In this document: piece after piece, positions 9,047 to 19,856 of the stretch
How positions within the stretch are numbered: position 1 is the stretch's first letter
Layout of the letters: each line of letters opens with the position of its first letter
Source: Anaeromyxobacter sp.
GTDB lineage: Bacteria; Myxococcota; Myxococcia; Myxococcales; Anaeromyxobacteraceae
Reading direction: 5' to 3'
Length of the DNA stretch: 64,000 bases
Assembly: GCA_049840735.1 (NCBI GenBank)
Contig: JASGJN010000021.1
Coordinates: 160,001-224,000 of the forward strand
Notes under the pieces: generated by a model
The model's input: the letters and a program-made list of their open reading frames with translations, nothing else
What the model was told of the DNA's origin: nothing
Databases searched by the model: none
Position numbers and translations under genes: made by a program

Positions 9047-9730
9047 ATGCTCGAGACGATCGCGACGATCGGGAAGCACTACTCCGATGGCGGCTGGATG
9101 ATGCACGCCATCTCGGCCGCCGCGGTCGCGACGCTGGTCCTGATCGTGGACCGCGTCATCGCGCTGTACTTCCAGTCGAACATCGACAAGGAAGGCTTCC
9201 TGCGCGGCCTGCGCGAGCACATCTACCGCGGCGACCTCGACCGGGCCATCAGCTTCTGCGCCCAGCAGAAGAAGGTGCCGCTGGTGTCGGTCATCAAGGC
9301 CGGCCTGATCAACGTCCCCAAGGGCGAGGCCGACGTCCAGGCCGCCATGGACGAGGCCACCCTGCGCGAGTCGCCCCGCATCGAGAAGCGGACCGGCTAC
9401 CTCGCCATGCTGGGCAACGTGGCCACCCTGCTCGGCCTCCTCGGCACCATCATCGGCCTGATCGGCGCGTTCGGCGCCGTCGCCAAGGCCAGCCCCTCCG
9501 AGAAGGCGGCCATCCTCTCCAGCTCCATCTCGGAGGCCATGAACTGCACCGCCTGGGGGCTCCTGACGGCCATCCCGGCGCTGGTGGCCTACTCCGTCCT
9601 GCAGGGCCGCTCGCAGCACATGATCGACGACATCAACGAGTCGTCGGTGTCGGTGCTGAACCTGATCGTCGCCAACCGCGACAAGATGAAGATGCCCGCC
9701 ACGCTGTCCGACGACCAGGCGGCTGGCTGA
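9047..9730 (+). CDS. aglR: MotA/TolQ/ExbB proton channel protein, AglR-like
   Basis: IDKEGFLRGLREHIYRGDLD, EATLRESPRIEKRTGYLAMLGNVATLLGLLGTI, ISEAMNCTA; matches remembered myxobacterial AglR. Confidence 0.85.
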   Translation: MLETIATIGKHYSDGGWMMHAISAAAVATLVLIVDRVIALYFQSNIDKEGFLRGLREHIYRGDLDRAISFCAQQKKVPLVSVIKAGLINVPKGEADVQAAMDEATLRESPRIEKRTGYLAMLGNVATLLGLLGTIIGLIGAFGAVAKASPSEKAAILSSSISEAMNCTAWGLLTAIPALVAYSVLQGRSQHMIDDINESSVSVLNLIVANRDKMKMPATLSDDQAAG

Positions 9731-9765
9731 CCGTCCCACCCGCGGACCCCTGACAGGAGGACGAC

Positions 9766-10254
9766 ATGGGCGGCGGAGGGATGCCCGAGCAGGGCGGTGG
9801 AGGCGGCAAGAAGAAGCGCAAGTCGCTGGACGCGGTCATCAACGTCGTCCCGGCCATCGACCTCCTCTCCTGCTGCATCACCTTCCTGCTCTACACCGCG
9901 GTCTGGACCCAGATCTCGCGGCTGCAGGTGCAGCAGTTCGGCACCGGCGCGCCCGAGCCGACCGCGCAGGTGGAGCAGCAGAAGCAGCTCATCGTCACGC
10001 TCGCCGTGGGCGAGCGCGGCATGTTCCTCAGCACCACCGCCGGCCTGGCGGTCGAGATCCCCCTGCGCCCCGGCGACCGCAAGCAAGATCTCAAGGTGCT
10101 GGCGGAGAAGGTGAAGGCGCTGCGGGCCGACTACCCCGACGCCGCGTCGGTGACCGTCTCGGCCGAGGACGTGATCCCCTACGGCGACCTGGTGTCGGTG
10201 ATCGACACCTGCGTCGGCGAGGGGCTCGTCTCGGTGCTGGTCACCGGAGTCTAG
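9766..10254 (+). CDS. aglQ: ExbD/TolR family protein, AglQ-like
   Basis: INVVPAIDLLSC with membrane Asp, TAVWTQISRLQV; AGGAGG RBS. Confidence 0.8.
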   Translation: MGGGGMPEQGGGGGKKKRKSLDAVINVVPAIDLLSCCITFLLYTAVWTQISRLQVQQFGTGAPEPTAQVEQQKQLIVTLAVGERGMFLSTTAGLAVEIPLRPGDRKQDLKVLAEKVKALRADYPDAASVTVSAEDVIPYGDLVSVIDTCVGEGLVSVLVTGV

Positions 10255-10259
10255 CGACC

Positions 10260-10835
10260 ATGCCCATCGTCACCCCGGGCAAGCGCCCCGCCAAGCGCTT
10301 CGAGAACTCCAAGGTCCTGGGCGGGAAGATCTCCAAGGGGCGCAAGGCGACCAACGCCGAGCTCAACGTCGTCCCCATGGTGGACATGATGACGATGCTC
10401 GTCATCTTCCTCCTGCAGCAGTTCAGCGCCACCGGCGAGGTGCTGTTCATGCAGAAGGACATCAAGCTCCCCACCGCCCAGCACGGCCAGGTGATCGAGA
10501 CCGCGCCGGTGGTGGCCATCAGCGGCTCGGAGATCGCCGTCACCGGCGTGAAGGTGGCGGACATCGCCGACCTCGAGCGCGAGAACGGCTACCTCAACAT
10601 CCCCGGCCTCGAGGAGCAGCTCCGCGACCAGAAGAAGACCTGGGAGTTCCTGCACCAGCAGGACACCACGCGGAAGTGGGAAGGCAACGTGAACATCCAG
10701 GCGGACGAGAAGGTCCCGTTCCGCATCGTGAAGCGCGTGATGTACTCGTGCGGCGTCGCCGGGTACTTCAACGTGAACTTCGCGGCCCTGGACGGCGCGG
10801 CCAACACCGAAGAGGGCGGGCCGCCGAAGACGTAG
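10260..10835 (+). CDS. aglS: ExbD/TolR family protein, AglS-like
   Basis: PGKRPAKRFENSKV N-terminus, LNVVPMVDMM, FSATGEV, IQADEKVPFRIVKRVMYSC. Confidence 0.8.
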   Translation: MPIVTPGKRPAKRFENSKVLGGKISKGRKATNAELNVVPMVDMMTMLVIFLLQQFSATGEVLFMQKDIKLPTAQHGQVIETAPVVAISGSEIAVTGVKVADIADLERENGYLNIPGLEEQLRDQKKTWEFLHQQDTTRKWEGNVNIQADEKVPFRIVKRVMYSCGVAGYFNVNFAALDGAANTEEGGPPKT

Positions 10836-10845
10836 CGCGCCCGGT

Positions 10846-11089
10846 CCCGTTCACCCTTCGACTCCGCGAGCCGGCCTGGAAACGGGCCGGCTCGCTACGT
10901 TGGGGGCGCCACCCGCGGCAGCCCGACCGCACCGCCGCGACTCCGCGCCCGCGGGGCGGGCGCTACGCTCAGGACGACCGGGAGGACCACCCGGGCCGGC
11001 CGTGGGCAATCCCGTTCGTCCTGAGCGTAGGGCCCGGGGCCGGACCACCGTCGCGGCACGCCCGGGCCCGGAGTCGAAGGATGAACGGG
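10846..11089. repeat. Cluster of three REP-like repeats (two partial minus-strand, one plus-strand)
   Basis: CCCTTCGACTCCGCG...CGCTACG (10846-10899); CGACTCCGCG...CGCTACGCTCAGGACGACCGG (10938-10981); CCCGTTCGTCCTGAGCGTAG...GGAGTCGAAGGATGAACGGG (11011-11089). Confidence 0.85.
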
Positions 11090-11357
11090 GACCATCCGGG
11101 TGTGCCTCCCCGCACAGGTCCCGACCGCCCGAGTGGGTGCAGGTCACGCCACTGACGGGTATCCCCTCGGAAACCTTACGACGCAGCGTGTCTTCGGCTA
11201 CCCGGCCCGTTACAAGCTGTCGCAGGCTCACTTGCCATCGCCTGCGGCAGAATGTACATAGACCTGCTCTCCGTCGGGCGCTGACGGCGCACATCGTCGC
11301 GCAAACTGGCGAGTTTCTTCACTTTCTTTGATTTGTCTCCGAGGGGGCCGTCCTTCC

Positions 11358-13781
<2,424 letters not shown>

Positions 13782-13782
13782 C

Positions 13783-14478
13783 ATGGCCGAGTGGGTCGCC
13801 CCGGCCGATCCGAGGGCCGCGCTGCGCCGGGCCTGCAGCGCGCTGAAGGTGTTCCCGCTCCACGGCGTGAGCGTGCTCCCCGGCACGCCCACGCCGTTCC
13901 ACATCTTCGAGCCGCGCTACCGCGCGCTGGTGCGCGACGCGCTCCGCGGCGACCGGATCCTGGCCGTGCCCGGGCTGGTCGCCGCGCAGGGCGCGCGCGA
14001 GCTGCGGCCGCCGGTGCACCCGGTCGCCGGCGCCTGCATCATCGAGCAGGAGGAGACGTACGAGGACGGCCGCTACGACGTGGTGGTCCGCGGCCTCGCG
14101 CGCGTGCGCCTGGTGGAGGAGCTCCCCGCGGGCGAGCGGATCTACCGCGAGTTCAGGGCCGAGCTGCTGGAGGACGTCTGGCCGGCCGCAGGCCCCGGCG
14201 CGCTGGAGCCGCAGCTCGAGTCGCTCCGGCAGCTGGTCTTCGAGCTGTCCACGCGGCTGCCCAGCGAGTCCGGCGCGCCCGCGCTGGCCGAGGCGGTGGC
14301 CCAGATGAAGGACCCATCCTCGATCGCCGACCTGGTGGCGGCCGCCGCCATCGCCGAGCCGCAGGCGCGCCAGGCCGTGCTGGAGGAGCTCGAGGTGGGC
14401 GCCCGGCTGGACCGCGTGGTCTCCGAGGTGGCCGGGGTGGTGCTGATGCTGTCGCGCGGGAAGAACCCGCAGGCGTGA
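13783..14478 (+). CDS. LON peptidase substrate-binding (N-terminal) domain protein
   Basis: VFPLHGVSVLPG, HIFEPRYRALV, DGRYDVVVRGLARV. Confidence 0.88.
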   Translation: MAEWVAPADPRAALRRACSALKVFPLHGVSVLPGTPTPFHIFEPRYRALVRDALRGDRILAVPGLVAAQGARELRPPVHPVAGACIIEQEETYEDGRYDVVVRGLARVRLVEELPAGERIYREFRAELLEDVWPAAGPGALEPQLESLRQLVFELSTRLPSESGAPALAEAVAQMKDPSSIADLVAAAAIAEPQARQAVLEELEVGARLDRVVSEVAGVVLMLSRGKNPQA

Positions 14479-14490
14479 GGTTCAGCGCCT

Positions 14491-14540
14491 GGGCTTCGAC
14501 TCCGCGGCCGCTTCGCGGCCGCTACGCTCAGCCCGAACGG
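14491..14540 (-). repeat. REP-like repeat
   Basis: GGGCTTCGACTCCGCGGCCGC-TTC-GCGGCCGCTACGCTCAGCCCGAACGG. Confidence 0.9.
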
Positions 14541-14691
14541 TCAAGCGTGCCGCGCCGGCGAGCGGTCAGGCGTGCCGCGCCGGCGAGCGGCCAGGCGTGC
14601 CGTGCCGGGGAGCGGCCAGGCGTGCCGTGCCGGCGAGCGGTCAGGCGTGCCCGTGCCGGCGAGCGGCCAGGCGTGCCGTGCTGGCGAGCGG
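14541..14691 (+). repeat. Six tandem copies of a 25-nt unit
   Basis: YCAGGCGTGCCGYGCCGGCGAGCGG starting at 14541, 14566, 14591, 14616, 14641 (26 nt), 14667. Confidence 0.95.
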
Positions 14692-14697
14692 TCCCCT

Positions 14698-14773
14698 CCG
14701 TTCGTCCTGAGCGTAGGGCCCGGCGCGGCGCGCGCAGGCCGGGGCACCGGGCCCGAAGTCGAAGGATGAACGG
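14698..14773 (+). repeat. REP-like repeat
   Basis: CCGTTCGTCCTGAGCGTAGGGCCCGG...CCGGGCCCGAAGTCGAAGGATGAACGG. Confidence 0.9.
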
Positions 14774-14803
14774 GACCGAGAGGTCGCCGATCCTGGCGCG
14801 CCC

Positions 14804-15058
14804 TCACCCCGCCCGCGAGCCCAGCCGCAGCGGCTCCAGCGTGGGCGAGGCCGCCGGCTCGAACCGCTCCGGCAGCGGATCCAGCACCACCGGGACCGGG
14901 TTGCTGGGATCGAGCGCGTCCATCCGGGCCAGCTGCCGATCGAGCTGGCGCTGGAGCGCCTTGCCGGATTGGATGAACAGCGCCACCAGGACCGTCCCCG
15001 CCAGCGACAGCAGGATCCAGGCGGCCAGGCCCCACAGGGCGATCTGCGTCCAACCCAT
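14804..15058 (-). CDS. Small hypothetical membrane protein
   Basis: ATG with upstream GAGGAG; N-terminal hydrophobic helix IALWGLAAWILLSLAGTVLVALFI. Confidence 0.55.
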   Translation of the reverse strand: MGWTQIALWGLAAWILLSLAGTVLVALFIQSGKALQRQLDRQLARMDALDPSNPVPVVLDPLPERFEPAASPTLEPLRLGSRAG

Positions 15059-15278
15059 GCGGACAGCTCTCCTCACGCCCCCCGGCCCGGCCTGCCCCAG
15101 AGCACCGGACCCCACATCGCTATCACGCTACGTCCCAGTCGCGCATCGGCAACTTTCCCGTCAGCGAAATCCCATATCCGCCTGACAGGCACCGTTGTCA
15201 GGCCCCCGTTCGCGCAGTAAACACGAATTGGCAGGGTGCGCCCGCCCGCAAGCCCGTACAGGGGGCGAGGAGGCTGGT

Positions 15279-16865
15279 TCAGCGCAGCGGCACCGCCAGG
15301 CCCGTCGCCACGCGATAGACCGGTTCGCTGTCCAGGAAGTCGCGGTTGGCGCGGTAGCCGCCGGAGACCTCCCAGGACAGCTCCACGCGGCCCGCGTAGA
15401 TCACCTGACGCAGGCCGCCAGACATCTCGGCGTCGTGGTCCGTGCCGCGGTCCGTCCCGGCGATCGCGTTCCAGAAGTAGGCGTCGTTGCGCCGGACGCG
15501 CTCCACGAACCCGCCGAAGCGGCCGCCCTTGGACAGCACGTCCACCGCCAGCGTCTGCGAGTCCCCGCCGGATCCGAACCAGGCGCCCATCGGCTGCCCG
15601 CCGTGCGTGTAGGCGACGTTGTTGGCGTGCGTGTAGAAGTACACGGTGTAGGGCGCCGGCTCGGCCTCGCCGGTGCTGGCCAGCTCGGCCGTGAGCCGCA
15701 CCCAGCGCGGGCCGGCCACGAAGAGCTTCTGCAGGCCGATCATCCACGCGCCGGTGCGATCCGGCAGTCGCACGAAGGACGCGAATGAGGCGGCGTCGTC
15801 GCGGGCGAACTCCCCGTAGAGCTCCAGGCCGCTCTCCGGGAACACCCAGCGCAGCCAGGCGCTGGCGAGCTGGTTGTCGTCGGGCTGGTTCTCCGAGTTG
15901 CTCTGGGGCTTGAGGAAGGGGAGGAAGTGGGCGTCCTTCATGGCCTCCCAGGTCTGCACGTAGCTGCGGGAGAGGCCGATGGACAGCCCCGGGACCCAGC
16001 GCGGCCCGTAGACGACCGCCAGGCCGCTGCGCCAGCGCTGCGTCTCGGGGTGTGCGAAGTACCGGGACCGCGAGATCGCCCCCCAGAGCGCCTGCGCCTC
16101 GAGCGTGCCGATCCCGATGTCCACGGGCCTGGCCGTGCCGAGGTAGAGGTGCGGGAACCCCTCCGCGTTGTTGGAGAGCGTCAGGGAGGTCCGCACGCCG
16201 GGTCCCCACCAGCGGTTCTCCGTCGAGACGCCCAGCTGGACACCCCACGCCTCCACCTGCACGAAGCTCTGGCCGAGCGTCGCCCGCCCGAAGGGGCCCG
16301 CGCCGAAGCGCTGCGGCTGGTCGAACGCCTCGCCGTAGAAGGGGTTCTCGTGGGCGCGGTCACCGGGCTGCCCCGTGGAGACCGTCTGGAACCAGTCGTT
16401 CTGAGACCAGGTGATCTCCGGCGCCAGCTGGCCGGAGAGCACGCCCCACGAGCCGCGCAGCCCCGCGCGCGCCGCCGTCGAGAACCCTCGCCCTTCCCAG
16501 AGCAGGCCGTCATCGCCCGGGCCCCCGGGGGACTCGCCACGGAACACCCCGGTCAGCCGGACGGGAACCGGCGCCAGCGCCGCCCGCGGACCGGTCCGCT
16601 CGAAGCGGCCGGCCCAGGGGCCCAGGACCACCTCGGTGCAGGCCACGCGCTCGGTGGTCGCGCCGCGGCGCAGCGTTCCGGAGGAGGCGTCGCGGAGGGC
16701 GCCGCGAAGCTCCAGCAGCCGCTCCAGCTCGGCGGAGGGCGTGCCGAGCCCCTCGACCACCAGCGGCGCTGGCGTGCAGCCCGGCTCCTCCGCCCGCGCA
16801 GGCAGGGGGAGCGTTGCGACCAGGGCGGTCAGGGCCAGGGACAGGCGCCGCAGCGTTTGCTTCAT
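15279..16865 (-). CDS. Capsule assembly Wzi-family outer membrane protein
   Basis: Signal peptide; STENRWWGPG...SLTLSNNAEGFPH, DNQLAS, ELYGEFARDD, YTHGGQPMG motifs. Confidence 0.8.
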   Translation of the reverse strand: MKQTLRRLSLALTALVATLPLPARAEEPGCTPAPLVVEGLGTPSAELERLLELRGALRDASSGTLRRGATTERVACTEVVLGPWAGRFERTGPRAALAPVPVRLTGVFRGESPGGPGDDGLLWEGRGFSTAARAGLRGSWGVLSGQLAPEITWSQNDWFQTVSTGQPGDRAHENPFYGEAFDQPQRFGAGPFGRATLGQSFVQVEAWGVQLGVSTENRWWGPGVRTSLTLSNNAEGFPHLYLGTARPVDIGIGTLEAQALWGAISRSRYFAHPETQRWRSGLAVVYGPRWVPGLSIGLSRSYVQTWEAMKDAHFLPFLKPQSNSENQPDDNQLASAWLRWVFPESGLELYGEFARDDAASFASFVRLPDRTGAWMIGLQKLFVAGPRWVRLTAELASTGEAEPAPYTVYFYTHANNVAYTHGGQPMGAWFGSGGDSQTLAVDVLSKGGRFGGFVERVRRNDAYFWNAIAGTDRGTDHDAEMSGGLRQVIYAGRVELSWEVSGGYRANRDFLDSEPVYRVATGLAVPLR

Positions 16866-16983
16866 GGGGCCGGAACACTACCACGACCCAAACGTGTCCC
16901 CAGGGGTAGGTCCTCGCGCCGGTGAGCGCATGAAGGTGGGCCGGCTTGCCGGAGGGAAGGAACTGCGGTAGCGAGGCGGGACG

Positions 16984-17880
16984 ATGAGGATTGCCATCAC
17001 CGGAGCGAACGGACTCCTCGGCGGCGCCGCCGTGGCGCAGGCCGGCGCCGACCACCAGGTCCTGGCCATCGGCCGCGGCGCCTGCCGGCTCCCCCCGGGC
17101 CGATACACCTGGGCCGACGCCGACCTCGGCGACGGCGCCTCGGTGGAGCGCGCCCTGCTGGAGTTCAAGGCCGAGGCCGTGCTGCACGCCGGCGCCGCCA
17201 CCGACGTGGACGGCTGCGAGCGCGACCCGGTGCTGGCGTGGCGGGTCAACGTCGGCGGCACCGAGCAGGTCGCCCGCGCCTGCCACGTGCTGGAGGCGCG
17301 CCTGGTGGCCGTCTCCACCGACTACGTCTTCGACGGCACCACCGGGGACTACCGGGAGGACGACGTGGTGAACCCCCGCGGCGCCTACGCCCGCTCCAAG
17401 CGCTGCGGGGAGGAGGCCGCGCTGCTCCTCGCGCCCGACGCCGCCGTGGCGCGCGTGGCCGTGGTGTTCAGCGGCCGGGCCGGCGCCAAGAGCACCTTCG
17501 CGACGCAGGTGATCGAGAAGCTCTCGCGCGGCGAGGTGGTGAAGGCCTTCGAGGACCAGGTGGTGTCGCCCACCCTGGCCGAGAGCGCCGCCGCCATGAC
17601 GCTGGAGCTGCTGCTCGAGCACGACTACCGCGGCGTGCTCCACACCTCCGGCGCCACGCGCGTCGGCCGCGTGCAGTTCGCGCAGCAGGTGGCCGCGCTG
17701 TTCGGCCTCGAGGGCACCATCCAGCCCGTCAAGACCGCCGACGTGAAGCTCCCCGCCCCGCGGCCGCTCAAGTCCGGGCTCAACGTGGACCGGGCCACCG
17801 GCCTGCTGCGCAACCGGCCGCTGACGCTGGAGGAGGCGCTGCGGGAGTTCAAGCGACAGTGGGAGGGGCGGGGGAGGTAG
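16984..17880 (+). CDS. rfbD: dTDP-4-dehydrorhamnose reductase family SDR
   Basis: ITGANGLLG, TDVDGCE, VSTDYVFDG, YARSK, DQVVSPT, APRP. Confidence 0.9.
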   Translation: MRIAITGANGLLGGAAVAQAGADHQVLAIGRGACRLPPGRYTWADADLGDGASVERALLEFKAEAVLHAGAATDVDGCERDPVLAWRVNVGGTEQVARACHVLEARLVAVSTDYVFDGTTGDYREDDVVNPRGAYARSKRCGEEAALLLAPDAAVARVAVVFSGRAGAKSTFATQVIEKLSRGEVVKAFEDQVVSPTLAESAAAMTLELLLEHDYRGVLHTSGATRVGRVQFAQQVAALFGLEGTIQPVKTADVKLPAPRPLKSGLNVDRATGLLRNRPLTLEEALREFKRQWEGRGR

Positions 17881-17886
17881 CGCGGC

Positions 17887-18090
17887 TCACCCCTCCACCT
17901 CCCCTCGCACCGGCCCCAGGGCGCGCAGCGCAGTCCGGGTCAACCGGCGGCGCAGCGCGTCCAGCTCCGTCCGCAGCTCCACCACGAGCGCCAGCGCCTC
18001 GTCCCGCTCGGCGGTGCGCTGCTCGAGCGCCTCGCGCAGGCGGGCCTGCTCGTCGGTGGCGTAGCGGAGGAAGAGGGCCGAGGTCTCCAT
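17887..18090 (-). CDS. Small coiled-coil hypothetical protein
   Basis: 67 aa heptad-like ORF with high-GC3 codons. Confidence 0.5.
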   Translation of the reverse strand: METSALFLRYATDEQARLREALEQRTAERDEALALVVELRTELDALRRRLTRTALRALGPVRGEVEG

Positions 18091-18396
18091 GGCGTCGCTG
18101 CTTCAGTAACGCCGCGCGAGGCCGCCGCGCACGGGGCCGACCCACCCGGTTCCGTCCCGTGACCGTGCGTCCCGAAGTTCGCGGACCGTGAACGCGGGGC
18201 GGCTCGCTGCGTGAGGCGCAGCGCGGGCGGGGCCGCTCGGGGCGCGGCTGGCGGCCCAGGCGGAGCCGCGCAGGCGGCCTGACGGGAGGGCGGCGCCCCG
18301 GCTGCGGCGCTCGGCCCAGCCGCCGGCTCGCAGCGCCCCAGCCTTTCGCGAACGCGGGTAGCCGACTACACTGCCGCACGCTCGAGGGACAGGAAC

Positions 18397-19716
18397 ATGA
18401 AGACCTTGTTGGCAGCGATCTCGGACCGGACCGCACGCATCGGCGTCATCGGGCAGGGCTACGTGGGCCTGCCGCTGGCCCTCGTCTTCTCCGAGGCGGG
18501 CTTCCGCGCCACCGGCTTCGACGTGGACCCGCGCAAGGTGGAGGTGCTGGCGCGCGGCGAGTCGTTCATCAAGCACATCGGCGCCGATCGCGTCGCCCGG
18601 GCCGTGCAGTCCGGGCGCTACCAGCCGACCACCGACTTCGACCAGCTGCGCGCGTGCGACGCCATCTTCATCTGCGTGCCCACGCCCCTGGGGCCGCACC
18701 GCGAGCCGGACAACTCGTACATCCACGCGACGGCGCGGGAGATCGCCCAGCGCCTCCGCCCCGGTCAGCTGATCGTGCTCGAGTCCACGACCTACCCCGG
18801 GACGACCGACGGCGAGGTCCTGCCCATCCTGGCGACGAGCGGGCTGACGACGCCCCGCGACTTCCTCCTCGCGTTCTCGCCCGAGCGCGAGGATCCCGGC
18901 CGCAAGGACCACAACACCAAGACCATCCCGAAGATCGTCGGCGGCGTGAACGCGGAGTCCACCGAGGCCGCCGCGGCCCTCTACGCCGTGGCGCTGGATC
19001 GGGTGGTCCCGGTGGCGAACGCCAGGGTGGCCGAGGCCGCGAAGCTGCTGGAGAACATCTTCCGCTCGGTCAACATCGCGCTCGTGAACGAGCTGAAGAT
19101 GATCTTCGACCGGATGGACATCGACGTCTGGGAGGTGATCCGGGCCGCCTCCACCAAGCCGTTCGGGTTCATGCCGTTCTACCCGGGCCCCGGCCTGGGT
19201 GGTCACTGCATCCCCCTCGACCCCTTCTACCTGTCGTGGAAGGCCGCCGAGCACGGGGAGTGGGCGCGGTTCATCGAGCTGGCCGGCGAGATCAACACCC
19301 GGATGCCGCGCTGGGTGGTGGACAAGGTGGCCGAGGCCCTCAACGCGGACGGCCGGTCGGTGCGCGGCGCACGCGTCCTGGTGCTCGGGCTCTCGTACAA
19401 GGCCGACATCGACGACGACCGCGAGTCGCCCTCGTACGAGATCCTGGAGCTGCTCCGGGAGCGCGGCGCCGCGATCGACTACTGCGATCCCCACTTCCCG
19501 GCGACGCATCCGGTGCGCAAGCACGACCTGGGGCTCAGGTCGGTCCCGTGTGAGCCGGCCACGTTCGCGGCCTACGACGCGGTGGTGGTCTCGACGGCAC
19601 ACCAGGCCTTCAAGCACGCCGACCTGTTCCGCAGCGTCCGCCTGGTGGTGGACACGCGCAACCTGGTCGCCCCGCTCTTCCCGGAAGGTGGCGGGCCGAG
19701 GATCGTGAAGGCCTGA
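18397..19716 (+). CDS. Nucleotide sugar dehydrogenase (UDP-N-acetylhexosamine 6-dehydrogenase, WbpA-like)
   Basis: GQGYVGLPLA, ICVPTP, LESTTYPGTT, FSPEREDPG, KLLENIFR, GPGLGGHCIPLDP. Confidence 0.93.
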   Translation: MKTLLAAISDRTARIGVIGQGYVGLPLALVFSEAGFRATGFDVDPRKVEVLARGESFIKHIGADRVARAVQSGRYQPTTDFDQLRACDAIFICVPTPLGPHREPDNSYIHATAREIAQRLRPGQLIVLESTTYPGTTDGEVLPILATSGLTTPRDFLLAFSPEREDPGRKDHNTKTIPKIVGGVNAESTEAAAALYAVALDRVVPVANARVAEAAKLLENIFRSVNIALVNELKMIFDRMDIDVWEVIRAASTKPFGFMPFYPGPGLGGHCIPLDPFYLSWKAAEHGEWARFIELAGEINTRMPRWVVDKVAEALNADGRSVRGARVLVLGLSYKADIDDDRESPSYEILELLRERGAAIDYCDPHFPATHPVRKHDLGLRSVPCEPATFAAYDAVVVSTAHQAFKHADLFRSVRLVVDTRNLVAPLFPEGGGPRIVKA

Positions 19717-19795
19717 AGCGGAGGAGGCGGCCGTGCCTGGGCGCAGCCGCCTCCGTGAGCCAACCGTCCGTCCTGCCGCCGAGCCGAACGACGGA

Positions 19796-19847
19796 CCCGT
19801 TCGGCCTGAGCGTAGCGCCCGCATCCGCGGGCGCGGAGTCGAAGGCC
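19796..19847 (+). repeat. REP-like repeat containing a perfect unoccupied IS110 target (19799-19812)
   Basis: CCCGTTCGGCCTGAGCGTAGCGCCCGC-ATCC-GCGGGCGCGGAGTCGAAGGCC. Confidence 0.9.
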
Positions 19848-19856
19848 AGGGATCTG

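Noticed and set aside
11090..11357. Riboswitch or ncRNA in the long hppA leader
   Set aside because: No recognisable conserved motif by eye; would need an Rfam search
14541..14691. Possible CRISPR array
   Set aside because: Units are contiguous with no unique spacers, and there are no cas genes in the window
16964..16975. ops/JUMPstart-like GCGGTAGC upstream of rfbD
   Set aside because: Only a partial match, common in GC-rich DNA, and not upstream of the long operon
19724..19755. Hairpin GGAGGCGG/CCGCCTCC as intrinsic terminator
   Set aside because: No U-tract on either strand; cannot be supported
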